The position numbers were made by a program, and so were the translations under genes. This document shows positions 45,047 through 61,227 of a DNA stretch of 64,000 bases, piece after piece. The first letter of the stretch is position 1. Each line of letters starts with the position of its first letter. The notes under the pieces are model-generated. The model had not been told where the DNA came from, did not search any database, and saw only the letters and a list, made by a program, of their open reading frames with translations. Source of the stretch: the human T2T-CHM13v2.0 reference genome, Homo sapiens; contig CP068257.2 in the NCBI GenBank assembly GCA_009914755.4, forward strand, positions 39,136,001 to 39,200,000, in the 5' to 3' direction.

Positions 45047-45950
45047 AAGAGAGATAAACGGATATGTGACTGAGAATGAGGAAAGACAGAATTCTGCCAT
45101 CAGGAATCACAAAGTCAGGGGTCTTCAGATGTCACTGGGATAAAGAGAATGGGGCAGTATGGAAGCCTATGATACCTGGAGAGGAGGGGACCCACATAGG
45201 GCCAGAATAAAGAAATAAAACTCCTTCTGGCCAAGCAAGACATCTGTGGGCTGAGACCATCCGTTTTCTACCCCTGCTGTAGAGTTTCTGACAGCTCTGA
45301 ATGTTAATTGAAAGCTGCCTGGACTGGCATTTGTGGCCCAGCTGGTGTTTTCTTATTTTGTGTTTGCTTTTTGATGGATGATGAGTGTTCAGTTTGTTAT
45401 GAGATTCTGGGGAGGAGGGGAGCTGATTCTCAGGCCATATTTAGTTCTTAGATGTATATTTAGGTCCAAAAGGTAAAATACATAGGCCACATAATTTCCT
45501 GAGACATTTGCTTTTTTTCTATACATAATAGAAAGAACTCATTTCTGCAGACTGAACTAAAACATAAGGTGATAGATGTTTGCACGTAGTTAAGAAATCA
45601 GGCAAATTGTTCATGTGCCAGATAAAATGTTATTGAACTCTTAGTCCTTCAGCTGCTGGGACAGATGGGCAGTAGGTTTCATACCACGTGCCAAGAAGTG
45701 GCTGGCTGGAGGCCTGTGATGGGAGGGATTCTGAGGTTTAGACTGGACATACAAAAGATCATGATCTCATTAATTGGCCATATCTGCCAAGAATGCGGAG
45801 AGAGGGTTTGCAGCATTAGAACATGATGGCACAGGAATCAAAGCAACTTTCCAGGATACTCTTGTCTTGGGTAAGGTCCATTGTGACTTCAGATACATAA
45901 ATCCCTTGCTTTTTAGGTACAAAAAATATGAAATTGTTCTGGTGTTTTAT

Positions 45951-46248
45951 TTTATTATTATTATTTTTTGAGACGGGGTCTCACTCTGTCCCCAGGCTAG
46001 AGTGCAGTGGTGTGATCTCGGCTCACTGAAGCCTCTGCCTCTTGGGTTCCAATGATTCTTCTGCCTCAGCCTCCCGGGTAGCTGGGACTACAGACGCACG
46101 CCACCATGGCTGGCTAATTTTCGTATTTTTAGTAGAGACGGGGTTCCACCATGTTGACCCCGCTGGTCTCAATCTCCTGACCTCAGGTGATTCACCTGCC
46201 TCGGCCTCCCAAAGTGCTGGGATTACAGGCATGAGCCACGATGCCTGG
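45951..46248 (-). mobile_element. Alu SINE (diverged)
   Basis: ttattattattattttttgagacggggtctcactctgtccccaggctagagtgcagtggtgtgatctcggctcactgaagcctctgcctc ... ggattacaggcatgagccacgatgcctgg. Confidence 0.85.
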
Positions 46249-46982
46249 ACTGTTCTACCATTTTTTATAGGCCCAACAAACTCAAAGAGAGAATGAAGCA
46301 TTTTGTCTGGCTTAGACAAAAAATCATGTGAAATATAAGAAGCACAAAAACCTACTCTACGGTTTTAATATGAAATCCAGAGAGACAAATGCTTATTAGT
46401 TTTGTTGTTTGTGGGGTTGGTGGTTAGTATTTTGCGTTTCTGATTTTTTAAAAAATTTTCTCTATAATAAGCTTACTGATTTTTCCTCTTAAAAAGCAAT
46501 GTTCTGTGGGAAAAGGCCAACCTTCCTTGGCACTGCCTTCTTTTTCTAGAGATTATTAATTTCTTTTTAATAGAGCTCATACTGCAAAATCAAATTTTTA
46601 TATCGCAAAGGGATTTACATTTATCTTGAGCTGCACACTCTTCGTCTATCAAATTGAGTTTAAGTTTCTAATTGAAACAATTTTTCAAGTGTTAAGCAAT
46701 AAAGAAGCAATAAGTGATATATTTAAATTATTTATTCATCTTATTTATAATTAATTCATTTTTTTCCTTGCTGCACAGTGAGGCTAACCTGATGCATTTG
46801 ATTTTTCAAATCTTTTCTATCATTTGGCAACAATAGAAGTGGCTGCTTTTTCCATCCCACTTGTGTTTCATTGGTCTTTGGGGACTCAGGCAACATCAGT
46901 TTAAATCACAGTTAAACTTAACACAGCAACTTTGTTTTGCGATATACTGCACCAAAAACAAGTGTGTTATGAGTAAAGCACG

Positions 46983-47329
46983 CCTGTTCTTAGTCAAATT
47001 GGAAAAAAAAAAAAAAAAGTACCTCTTAGTAAAGTGAACCATTGCATCAACAAGGATCTCAACCTTCAGCATTTAATGACTACTTATCCCTTGGTCTATA
47101 CTCCTTCTACACAATAAGATTGATAGGCCTTTAACATGCACTGTGTCATGGATCATCAACTAGTTGACCTGGATAGCTGGTCTGCAAATTATTTGAACCC
47201 CTTTTTCCAATATCTCTGTCTTGTTATACTATTCACAACACAATCTCTCGGCTCCAGTTGAATGCATTACCTCCTCCATCACATAAACTTATTGCCTGTC
47301 CAAAATTGCCTGGACTGATAATCTTCAGG
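46983..47329 (+). repeat. Tandem segmental duplication, copy 1 (~347 bp)
   Basis: cctgttcttagtcaaattgg + A17 + gtacctcttagtaaagtgaaccattgcatcaacaaggatctcaaccttcagcatttaatgactacttatcccttggtctatactcc ... cattacctcctccatcacataaacttattgcctgtccaaaattgcctggactgataatcttcagg. Confidence 0.92.
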
Positions 47330-47669
47330 CCTGTTCTTAGTCAAATTGAAAAAAAAAAAGTACCTCTTAGTAAAGTGAACAATTGCATCAACAAGGATCT
47401 CAACCTTCAGCATTTAATGACTACGTATCCCTTGGTCTATACTCCTTCTACACAATAAGATTGATAGGCCTTTAACATGCACTGTGTCATGGATCATCAG
47501 CTAGTTGACCTGGATAGCTGGTCTGCAAATTATTTGAACCCCTTTTTCCAACATCTGTGTCTTGTTATACTATTCACAACGCAAACTCTCGGCCCCAGTT
47601 GAATGCACTACCTCCTCCATCACATAAACTTATTGCCTGTCCACAATTGCCTGGACTGATAATCTTCAG
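47330..47669 (+). repeat. Tandem segmental duplication, copy 2 (~340 bp; ~97% identical to copy 1; A11 where copy 1 has A17)
   Basis: cctgttcttagtcaaattg + A11 + gtacctcttagtaaagtgaacaattgcatcaacaaggatctcaaccttcagcatttaatgactacgtatcccttggtc ... cactacctcctccatcacataaacttattgcctgtccacaattgcctggactgataatcttcaga. ORFs 47258-47458 and 47557-47754 share NALPPPSHKLIACP.LPGLIIFR as a result. Confidence 0.92.
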
Positions 47670-48444
47670 AGCTATGCAGCCACTGGATATTTTCCTCTCA
47701 CACAAACACATCTATCCCATTCACTACACCATGCTCTGGCTCACAGCCCTATAATCTCACTCCACCAAGTGCCCAATGGCAGAGGCTCCAACAACTTACA
47801 TATACTACCCACAATTTTTTTTTTTTCGAAATCCAAGGTCATATTCCTGGACTGTTCACAAGCTATAGTGATTCCCCTTGGCTAACTAAATATGCTCAAG
47901 CTCCCCAGACTCCTATTTATTTAGGCTGGATTTCACCTTTGCACCCTCATCCAGCACTGCCTGGCAATTAGATAACAGTGAATGAGGGCGTCTATGAAGA
48001 GTGTACTCACAAACTTTCATTAAATAGTAACCACACTTTATATGAATCTTTGCTCCTCACACAACAGCTGACTTTCACTGGATGCTCAGTACACATCTGT
48101 AGAACAAACGACCCAAGAACAGGCCATAAAACAAATTCAGAGAATAATCAGGGGAAATCTAGTGATCTGAAACTCAAGTCAAAAACTCAGAAAATATGAT
48201 GGCCAGGAAGAAGTCAATCGTTGTCTAAAATTATTTGGAAATAACTGATTGTGTAGTAATCCAGTTTTCTTTAACTGCAGATGCCTCAGATGATCTGATT
48301 GTTTGGTATTTAGTGGGCCTCAGTATGTTTCATGTATCATGAAAGGCAGGGAGAGGGACTTTTCTCAACCTCAAGGGTACAGCAACTGTGCAGTGAGGAC
48401 TAGGGTGAAGTATGAGAACAAAAACAAAAGCAATTATAATTACA

Positions 48445-48560
48445 GGCATTTATTGAGCTTCTCCTAAGTGTCATGTAGGTACAATGTACTATCCATTTTA
48501 GCTTATTCAATCCTCAAAACAATCCTGTGAAAATAACAAGAGTACATAGCTACTAAGTCA
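48445..48560 (+). mobile_element. MIR SINE 5' fragment (weak)
   Basis: gcatttattgagcttctcctaagtgtcatgtaggtacaatgtactatccattttagcttattcaatcctcaaaacaatcctgtgaaaataacaagagtacatagctactaag parallels the MIR consensus ...attatctcatttaatcctcacaacaaccctatgaggtaggtactattattatccccattttacag. Confidence 0.35.
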
Positions 48561-51500
48561 CAATGGAAAAGTGTGTTCTTGTCCCAACTCTTCACTCCCT
48601 TTCCTGCAGGAGGCCATATGTCTATACACGCTGTGTGCAGAAGGAGTCTACTTCCCTGCTTCATTGACATCAGGCTTGGCCATGTTCCTGACTCAGGCCA
48701 ATAGCATGTGAGTGGACATGACATCGGCAAATCCGAGCAGAAGTTTTAGTCATTGTAGGTTCCCAAAAGATGAGGGTAAAATGGCATGTCCCAGAGAAGG
48801 CTGTCTTTAAAGTGGTTCCCAGAATTTGCACACTTGTGGCCAACAGTCAGTCCAACACGTAATGTGAGCACAAAATAAATCTTTGTTGTCATTGATCACA
48901 GAGACTATAGGGGTGACTGGCACTACACAAAGCTTAGCAAAAGTAGTGGTAGAATTCACACCCAGAGCCTGCACTTTTATCCATGTTACTATGCTGCCTC
49001 ACTAAGCATACATGCACTATTATGAGACAAGGTTCTAAATCTATGTAGGCAGGTTCTGCTGTCTCTGTCTTGCAAGTTGGAATCAGTCAGCTACTCAAAG
49101 TATGGTCCATGGACCAGAAACAGTATGAGTAATACTTGACAGCTGGTTAGAAATGCAGAATCTCAGCTCCCACCCAAGAATCTGCATTTTAATAAAATTC
49201 CCAGGAATGAATGTCACAATAAAATATGATAAATGCTGATTTAACACATGGTCATGGACGCATATGCTTCATGAATAATCAAGATCAAAGAGCTATGAAT
49301 TAGAAATGAAAAAAAGCATCCACTTCCAATTCTATTTTCCAGATTGGAAAGACAAGAGTATCCACTTATTTTCCTTGTCTCTTGGAGATCAGAGGGGTAG
49401 AAACAATGTGTTGTAACTACAATGGTTTACTGTAAAACATTCTAGGACTTGCTCTAGTCACTAAATATCACCCTTTGATAGAGCAGCTTACACCTCATTG
49501 CTAGTCACGCCGACCTCTTGTTCACAATCCAATAGCATGTTCATTGAACAAATAAACATTAGGGCCTATTTGTCTTCATTAAGGACTGTATGCTTGTAGG
49601 GGAAAAAATGACACATTGTGCTTATCTTGACTTCCCTGTTCCAAGATCCCATTATTGTCTTATCACCCTTTTGATGAGTGACATTGACCATTAACCATAT
49701 CAGTAAACATCACAGCTTCCTAAACACAAGTTCTCATCATAATTAAGGGAGGAATATAACACTTATGGATGCTGCTTAGCCGGTAATTCAATGTCATGGT
49801 CTCTTCTCCACACTGTTGCGAAACCCAGTAGCAGTGAACCAGAACATCCAAGAAGTAATGGAAATGAATAATGATATTTCAAGATGGTGGATGATGTAGG
49901 TAGAACAACCACTTGTGCATTTGAGACACATTCTCCCCAGTGAACACTAAGGTTTTTGACAGGCTGGTTTATGAATAAATTCATGACATGAGACATTTCC
50001 AAAATGTCTGTTAAGAACTGCTTCAAAATGAAGTCATCAAAATTACTGCAAAATGTACATTTTAAATGCAAACAGCCAGGGGAAAGAGTGTACTTGTTAT
50101 GTAGAATTCATTATCTTTATTTCGGAGTGCAGCCCTATAAACATTTGTTTGGGATTGCTTTTATGCAATTGTTTGGAACATAAGCAGAGAAAGAGCTGAA
50201 TGGAGACATTCCAGAAACCCAGAGCTTATTCAGCTTCTTTTTTCTCTACCTTGATAGAAAGAAATCATTTTTTTCTTCAAATTTAATACAATTGTAAGGA
50301 TCTGGTGTTTTCTAATTTATCAGTTTATGTTGTTAATAGTGGGGACATTACCAAAATATGAAAAATGGAAACCATGTACTAAGAATTTTATCTTGTCATC
50401 TGGGACAAAAAAAAAAAGATCCTTCATTAGATGCACATTACTTTTTTTAGGTATTTAACTCACAATGTAAGTATGTGCATATTTACAGAAGATAGTAATA
50501 CTATCCTTATGTTTGTAATTGAATTCAGCCTGGAGCCGCTTTAAGATGAATCAGACTATCAAGTTAGCCAGCAGATTTAGGGTCAAAAATATACTAAGTG
50601 GGAAAAAATGTTCTTAATACAGAATAAGCTAAGTGGTTAGTTAAGGACTAAAAACACCACTGCTCCACCACGAAGAAGGAAATATGCATTTGATCTAAAA
50701 GAAGAAAAGAGTTAAAATCCAGTATACCATCAAGACAAAAGAAAACCTATCTGTAAAAAAAAAGAGAATACAAATCATCACAGACACACCCTAAATGAAA
50801 ATGCCAAGTAGTTTCGATTGCATGAAATTTATTAATGCTTATATATCAATAAAGCTCACCATAAACAAAATTAAAAGGCAAATAATGACCTTTGAAGATT
50901 ATACATACCTTTTAAAAATTAATAAGCCTAGCATTTATAAAAGCTTGCAAACCTATTTTTCAAATAACACACCAAAAAAGAAATGAGCAAAGCACATGAA
51001 TTGGCAATAATAATATTTCAGGAATGACCTGAATCTACAGTAGAGGATCAGCTAATAGTAGCAGATACATACGATAAACTAGGATGTTGTCATTATAAGT
51101 GTAATATGGAAGAACGTCTACTGATGTGAAGAAAATGTTCATGAAGCAGTAAAAAAAGAATAAAACAATCACCTAATTGTAAATGTTTAATAAAAGACAT
51201 ACCAGACTGTTAGCAGTATCTCTCTACATTGTAGAACTACAAGAGTTGCTTTTTTGTGTGTTTCAAGTGTTTTACAAACTTCACCCATTCAGTATATATT
51301 GCTCTTCAATTAAAAATAAAATAAAGGTCATACAAAATTAAAGAGATTAAAATTAGAACAATTTAGATAAACAAATTTACCATAAAAACAGGAAAATTCC
51401 ATTCCCAATGCTATAAAACTATAGCCTAAGCCATTAAAATGTTTTACTTCTAAAATTAAGCTACTGACTTTTGGAAAAATGTTATTACCCTATAAAGACA

Positions 51501-51889
51501 TTTTTAGATATCCACAGTTAAGTTTGTAGGCAAAGGATGGTATTGAGGTGTGTAAAGAGAAAGCTTGGACCAAAAAGAAAATTTTATTTTTTTAATTGAG
51601 AGCCTGTGTTTGTAAGTAACATCAGTGATTCCCTTACCAAAATACCTGTTTTACTCTGGGAGTGAAATGAGTTAAAAGAACTAGACTGCTGGGGCTTTGG
51701 GGTAGGTGATGCTTCCTCTCTAATTTGAATCTATATTGCCAATAGGTAAATTGAGAGCTAACACATTAACTCAAATTTATTGCTGACATTACCTTCCCTA
51801 TGCAGGAAAATCAATAATGAATATACATTGGAATAGCTGATTGGTGAAACTCAGAGAAAAAAAACTCAAAGTAAATTATTCTACAGTAT

Positions 51890-52357
51890 TAGATTCTTAT
51901 TGCCACTATAACAAATTACCCCAAGTTTGGTGGCTTTAAACAATGCAGATTTATTCTCTTACAATTCTGGAGGACAGAAGTCCAAGTTCAATTTCACAGA
52001 ACTAAACTCAAGATATAAACTGGGCTGCACTCCCTTTGAAGGAACATGGGGAATATCTGATTTCCCTTTTTCAGCTTGTAAAGCTTTTCCAGCTCATAAA
52101 GTCTTTTTCAGCTTGTAAAGACCTCTTGAATTCCTTGGCTTATGAGAGACACATCATTCCAACCTCTTATTCCATCATCACATCTTTTACTATCCTTCTG
52201 ATCTCCTGCCTTTCTCTTTTAAAGATTCTTGTGATTACATTAGGCTTAATAGTTAATCCAAAATAATCTTCTAATCTCAAGAGCCTAAATTTAAATACAT
52301 CTGCAAAATTCCTTTAGCCATATAAGGTAGCATCTACAGGTTTTGGAGACAGTACAC
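51890..52357 (+). repeat. Family D old interspersed repeat, copy 4; 3' end interrupted by the MaLR insertion and resuming at 55365
   Basis: tagattcttattgccactataacaaattaccccaagtttggtggctttaaacaatgcagatttattctcttacaattctggaggacagaagtccaagttcaatttcacag ... cttgtgattacattaggcttaatagttaatccaaaataatcttctaatctcaagagcctaaatttaaatacatctgcaaaattcctttagccatataaggtagcatctacaggttttggagacag. Confidence 0.55.
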
Positions 52358-55364
<3,007 letters not shown>

Positions 55365-58163
55365 GACATGGATATCCTGGGGAAGTGACAGCATTACGCA
55401 GCTGACCACACCTCACAACTAGACAGACAAGGTACCACTAACAGAATTCCTTTCCTTATGGCAGCACTTTGGTCTGTTTTTGCTGATATTTTACAATGAT
55501 GAAAATCTGTTATTCTCTTTGGAAGTACTAAATTTAGGGTAAGTCAGAGAAGTCAGTTTCTAAGAGGAAAATAATACTCATTCCTAAATTTCTTGCCCCT
55601 AAATTTCTTTCCTCAAGTCTCCAATAAGTGCTGCACAGCTGAAATCTCATATGTTTTTCAAAATAATTATGGAACATCTGCCATATGGTAGATACAGATG
55701 TGATCACTGGCTTTTGCTTTACAAATGCAAATGATGCCTTTGACGTTCTCATTGCCTCTGTTTGCCAAGAAGGCAGTGAAATGATGAGAACTCCACTCTG
55801 TCACGTGAGCACACATATGCTACCCCATTACCCACCACAAGTCTGAGAAAACACCCAGGGAAGGACCACTAAAGCCACCTATAGGAGTGACTCAAATTCT
55901 GTTAAAGCAAAACACAAAATGTTCATGAAAGTGAAAGAGCCATGATAGGTCTGATCAATCGTGTGATGTTTTAGTGCTGCAACACCCTCTAGTCACTGAT
56001 CTCGGGCCCCCAGACTCCCCCTTCTCTTTCGTCTCTCAGGTTAATGATTTAGAAAGGTGACATATGTGTGATTCTATTATTGTTAAACCTTGTAGTTGGT
56101 TGGTGAGTTAGGAATTACTAGAATCTACAGACTTTAGTATATATAGAATATACTGGCATTTATGTATAGAATCTGTGGGTAATGAACTCCAACTTGGATA
56201 GATCAGACAGGAAGGAAAAGAGGAAGGGAAGAATGGGGAAAAAAAAAACACCTTTATACCTGTGTCTGGACCGTTGAGTGTTGTTGGGGAAAATCCCACA
56301 GCTGGGAAGATTTGTGTCACAATAAATTTGCCGTCACCAGCCTAAATGGTCCTTCAGTGTCTCTAAGGAGCATCCCCTCTCCTGCTCTACAAAATGACCA
56401 TTTCTCCTTCTCTAACCTACTCAAGCCTCAGACTCTTTACTCTCAGGACCCAGTCTTCTCTTCTGCTTAATAAAGAAAGGGGGGAAATAGCTAAAAATCC
56501 TTTAAACCACCCCTCCATCAGCACCAAGTGTAAACACTCCAGGGACCAATCCACTCTTCCCTCACTTAGGTTAGAATGGAGACAGTGACCTGTGCAGTAC
56601 AAGGCCACTCCCCAAGTCCTGTCCACAGGGATAGGGGAGGCTTCCTGGAGCTCTGAATGTGGATGTGGCCTTGCTGATGGAGTGTGGTTCAGAATCAGGG
56701 GAGCACAGAGTCCATGCACCTTCCTTTAAATTGAAGCACAGAAGGTTGTTTTTCCAGAGGATCACAGAAATTCAAAATGCACGCTCTGCAGGATGCTTTG
56801 GTTGCCTTCCGCATTCCAACCTTTCCCTGATGATTATCCTGTTCCTCCTGGACCCTTGTTCTTTCCATTGCCATTGCCTCTCCACTGACTCTGGTCATCA
56901 TTTAGGTAGGCTCAAGTCCTCCTTTCCCAGCAGGGCTCTCTCTGCTCCTACCACCCTCTGCCTGCTAGCCCCTATCTCCCCTCCCCGTTCCCAGCACACC
57001 TTCCTGGAGAAGATGAGAGCCCCCACGGTTTCATTTTCTCATTTCTCAGCCACTTTGCAACTCACCCTAACCTGCCTCCTGCCCTGCCCACTTGGTTTTC
57101 GACTACTTATCTGTTCCTTCTCAGTCTTCTTTACTCAGTCATCTGTCTCTGCACAATCCTGAAATGTTGACATTTTTATGGATTCTGTCCTAGGCCTTCT
57201 GTATCTGTTCATGCTACCTGTGCTCTTTAGAGACCTCTACTATATCCATTGCTAAATTCCCATCTATAAGTCAACATTCCCCTCCATCTAGGACTATCTA
57301 CTGAGCTCCAGACTTAACTTCCCGCTGCTACATTGTACCCCACCCAATTGTATTCAGAGGTGTTTCAAGCTGACCATGATCACACCTGCACTTAAGCTTT
57401 CTCCTTCCCCACCCCCATAATTGGTCTAATGCTAATGTTTCCTAAATCAGTGAAAGGCACGTCCACTCAGCTGTCTGAACGAGACTCTTCTAATATTCTT
57501 GAATTAGCTCACTTCCCCCCAACTCCTAGGGAGCTGTCATGACCTCCCAAATGGCCTTCTAGAATCCACCCTTGCTCCTCTCAAATCCACCCTCCAGTCT
57601 GCTACTTCTCTTCTTATAATAATCTGATCACACAGATGACTGCCCAGTGACTTCCAAGTAAACCTTAATCTTAATATGAGCCAAGTATCTCTTAAAATCT
57701 GGCCACTGCCAACTTTCCTAGCTCTCTCTTGTATGTCTATCTCTCTTTCCCCCTCTCTGTTTTGTGAGGGTTCCTTCTGTTTGTTCATTCCCCCTCCATC
57801 CTGCCTTCTGGCTCATGAGGCTGACCAGTAATCATGACATCAGTGAGATTCCATGCCCTCTGACTTTTGGTGTGTTCAGGGCCACAGGAGTCCAGACAGG
57901 AGACTGGAAGGCAGTAGAAGAGTAAACTCAGTAACTCATTCCCTTGGCTCACTCCCCAATGAACCTACTTAGCTTGTTCCATTGGTCAACCAAAGTTCCC
58001 TTCCCCTTCCAGGTTCTGGGAATTACGCCATGACCCCTTGACCCCTCCAGGCCTAAGGATGGTGGCAAGTCCATCATCACACAGCCCTATACCATCTAGC
58101 CTGTTGTCCTGACACTCAGCCCATACCATAGTAAATGGTCCCTTTATTAAACACAATGTTTTC

Positions 58164-58467
<304 letters not shown>

Positions 58468-59120
58468 TAAACACAATGTTTTCTAAGATGAGCCTGCCAT
58501 CTGTTTCCTGCTGGGGATTTACTGCGATACCCCTGCCTGCTACACCTCAGCCCTGCTGGGCTCTTCTCAGATCCTTCAGCACATCATGATTTACTATCCC
58601 TGGAAGCCTTCTCACTATGAGGCTGGCCCTTCTTTCCTGCCTGGCCCACAAGCTAGATTAAGTCCCCACTGTGGCCTTCCAAGGTGCATTCTACTTTGCT
58701 GTTGATATGCTGCAGAATGCTGCCATTATTGACGTGATTGCTTTACTGTCAGCTCCACCAAGTGGGGAGTCAGATCTGTGGTGCCCCGATTCTCCCAGTG
58801 CCTGGCACCCTGAAGATGCAAAAAAAAGTGTGTTGACCAATAAGCTCATTTCTGTGAGTTTACCTGACAGAGATCTGATGATATTTTAAAGTTCCAGTCT
58901 AGCTCTTGCAATACAAATATAGAGTTGCTACACAAGCGTCTTTGAATGACCTTGGGTAAAAAGTCACATAATTTATTTCCAAATCCTAGAGGTACTCAAA
59001 ATCCACCCTTCATTTTGACAATTATGAGGTCTGAAAAAATTGTGAATGCTACAATATGTACAAATACATTCAAGGGCTGTGTTTCTATTAGTTTCATCAC
59101 CCTAAGAAATTAGTGTTTCC

Positions 59121-59569
59121 GTATGTTTATTGCGGCACTGTTCACAATAGCAAATACTTGGAACCAACCCAAATGCCCATCAGTGATAGACTGGATAAAG
59201 AAAATGTGGCACATATACACCATGGAATACTATGCAGCCATATAAAACGATGAGTTCATGTCCTTTGCAGGGACATGGATGAAGCTGGAAACCATCATTC
59301 TCAGTAAACTAACACAAGAACAGAAAACCAAACACCACATATTCTCACTCACAGGTGGCAGTTGAACAATGAGAACACATGGACATGGGGAGGGGAACAT
59401 CACACACCAGGGCCTATCGGGGGTGAGGGGCTAGGGGAGGGAAAACATTAGGAGAAATACCTAACGTAGATGATGGGTTGATGGGTGCAGCAAACCACCA
59501 TAGCATGTGTATACCTATGTAACAAATCTGCACGTTCTGCACATGTATCCCAGAACTTAAAGTATAATG
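59121..59569 (+). mobile_element. LINE-1 (L1PA-type) 3'UTR fragment, severely 5'-truncated (~450 bp)
   Basis: gtatgtttattgcggcactgttcacaatagcaaatacttggaaccaacccaaatgcccatcagtgatagactggataaagaaaatgtggcacatatacaccatggaatactatgcagcc ... gggtgcagcaaaccaccatagcatgtgtatacctatgtaacaaatctgcacgttctgcacatgtatcccagaacttaaagtataatgaa. The TSD is aat(t/a)agtgtttc at 59108-59119 and 59594-59605. Confidence 0.88.
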
Positions 59570-59598
59570 AATCAATCAATCAATCAATCAATCAATAA
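59570..59598. repeat. (TCAA)n microsatellite at the L1 tail position
   Basis: tcaatcaatcaatcaatcaatcaataag lies between the L1 3' end and the downstream TSD copy, where a poly-A tail would be expected. Confidence 0.8.
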
Positions 59599-60074
59599 GT
59601 GTTTCATAGGAGAAACGTAATATAAGGAAAAACATAAATATTTTATTAGGGGTTTATTATTATTGAACTCTGTTGCTGGCTGACCACGTAACCATATAGT
59701 GTCCAAATTCCATTTCTGTAAGGAAAACATCTATGTCCTTAAACTTGGGATCCACACATGGCTTCTCACACCTGCATCCTTCCAGGTCAGCCTCTTGAGG
59801 CTTTGGATGGACACTAAGGAACCAGTTCCTATGCCTGGACTTTTGATTACCCCTTAACTTCCATCAGCCAAATTGCAGGTTCATGGTCCTCCTGCCTTCG
59901 CAGGAGGTGGGGCGGGATGGGGGTGGAGGGCGAGGGGGAGGACAGGCTTCCTGTCCACTCCTCTTGGAAAGCTTCTATGCACTCCCTAGACCTGTTCCCT
60001 CCTGATCAGTGAGTGCAATACTCCCAGTTCTTCACCAACACACTAAGAAGGAAAAAGCCTTTATTCATTTATAG

Positions 60075-60220
60075 CAACTGACAATATAAAGACCCAAAGG
60101 TCATAACAAAATAAAAAGAAGCCATCTTTCAAGTGGGACAGAGAAGTAATAAAAGTGCAGTTAGAACCAGAGAGTGGTCAAGCTCTGGCAGGAGACAAGA
60201 GAAGAGAGAAAAAGGGAAGA
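60075..60220 (+). repeat. Unclassified ~145-bp segment, copy 1 of a direct repeat pair
   Basis: caactgacaatataaagacccaaaggtcataacaaaataaaaagaagccatctttcaagtgggacagagaagtaataaaagtgcagttagaaccagagagtggtcaagctctggcaggagacaagagaagagag. Confidence 0.5.
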
Positions 60221-60747
60221 GGGTTGGGAAGTGGTGAAAAGGGCCAAAAGCCTGAATTTCTATCCACCTTCTTCTCTTATCTGTCCGAGGGGTATTTTTA
60301 CATATTATAGCATGCTATTGTGAGGTATATTATAGTTCATGAACCACAGTGACTTTTAGCTCCATGTTCACTGTGTGGCTTTTGTTGTCTATAGTAGAAA
60401 CTGTGGTCTGCTGTCCAGATTCCTACTTCTGGGCCTAGGTACACATCTCCTCATCTGCTGAGTGTGTTGTTTGCAAAGAATTCAGAGCTGAGTCCTTCTA
60501 TGACCTCAATCAAAGACGCCTCCTCCCCAAAGACATCACTCATCCAATGACTGGTCAATGGGTGTTGCTGGAGCCCAACTCAATTTGGGACAAGTCTGAA
60601 TGACCATCCAGCTTCAATGTTCCTCAAAGGGTCAGCTATTAAAATTATTGAAGCAATGGGGGAATTCCACTGTCCTTGTATCAGTCAACATCTCTACTCA
60701 CCAGACCACAAGAAGACCAAGAGGCCCAAAAATGCCCACTGAAGATT

Positions 60748-60890
60748 GCTGACAACATACAGACCCAAAGGTCACAAAAAAATGAAAAGAAGCCATCTTG
60801 CAAGTAGAACAGAGAAGTGATAAAAGTGCAGCTAGAACCACAGAGTGGTCAAGCTCTGGCAGGAGATGAGGAGAGAGAGAAAGGTCTTTG
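60748..60890 (+). repeat. Unclassified ~145-bp segment, copy 2 (~88% identical)
   Basis: ttgctgacaacatacagacccaaaggtcacaaaaaaatgaaaagaagccatcttgcaagtagaacagagaagtgataaaagtgcagctagaaccacagagtggtcaagctctggcaggagatgaggagagagag. Confidence 0.5.
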
Positions 60891-60926
60891 AGATTCTAAG
60901 TAGGCCTTGGGTTAATACAACCATCA

Positions 60927-61227
<301 letters not shown>

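Noticed and set aside
56659-57162. 167-aa ORF with overlapping antisense ORFs
   Set aside because: It is Leu/Ser/Pro-rich and low-complexity, with many overlapping frames in a pyrimidine-rich region. There is no homology, so it is probably spurious.
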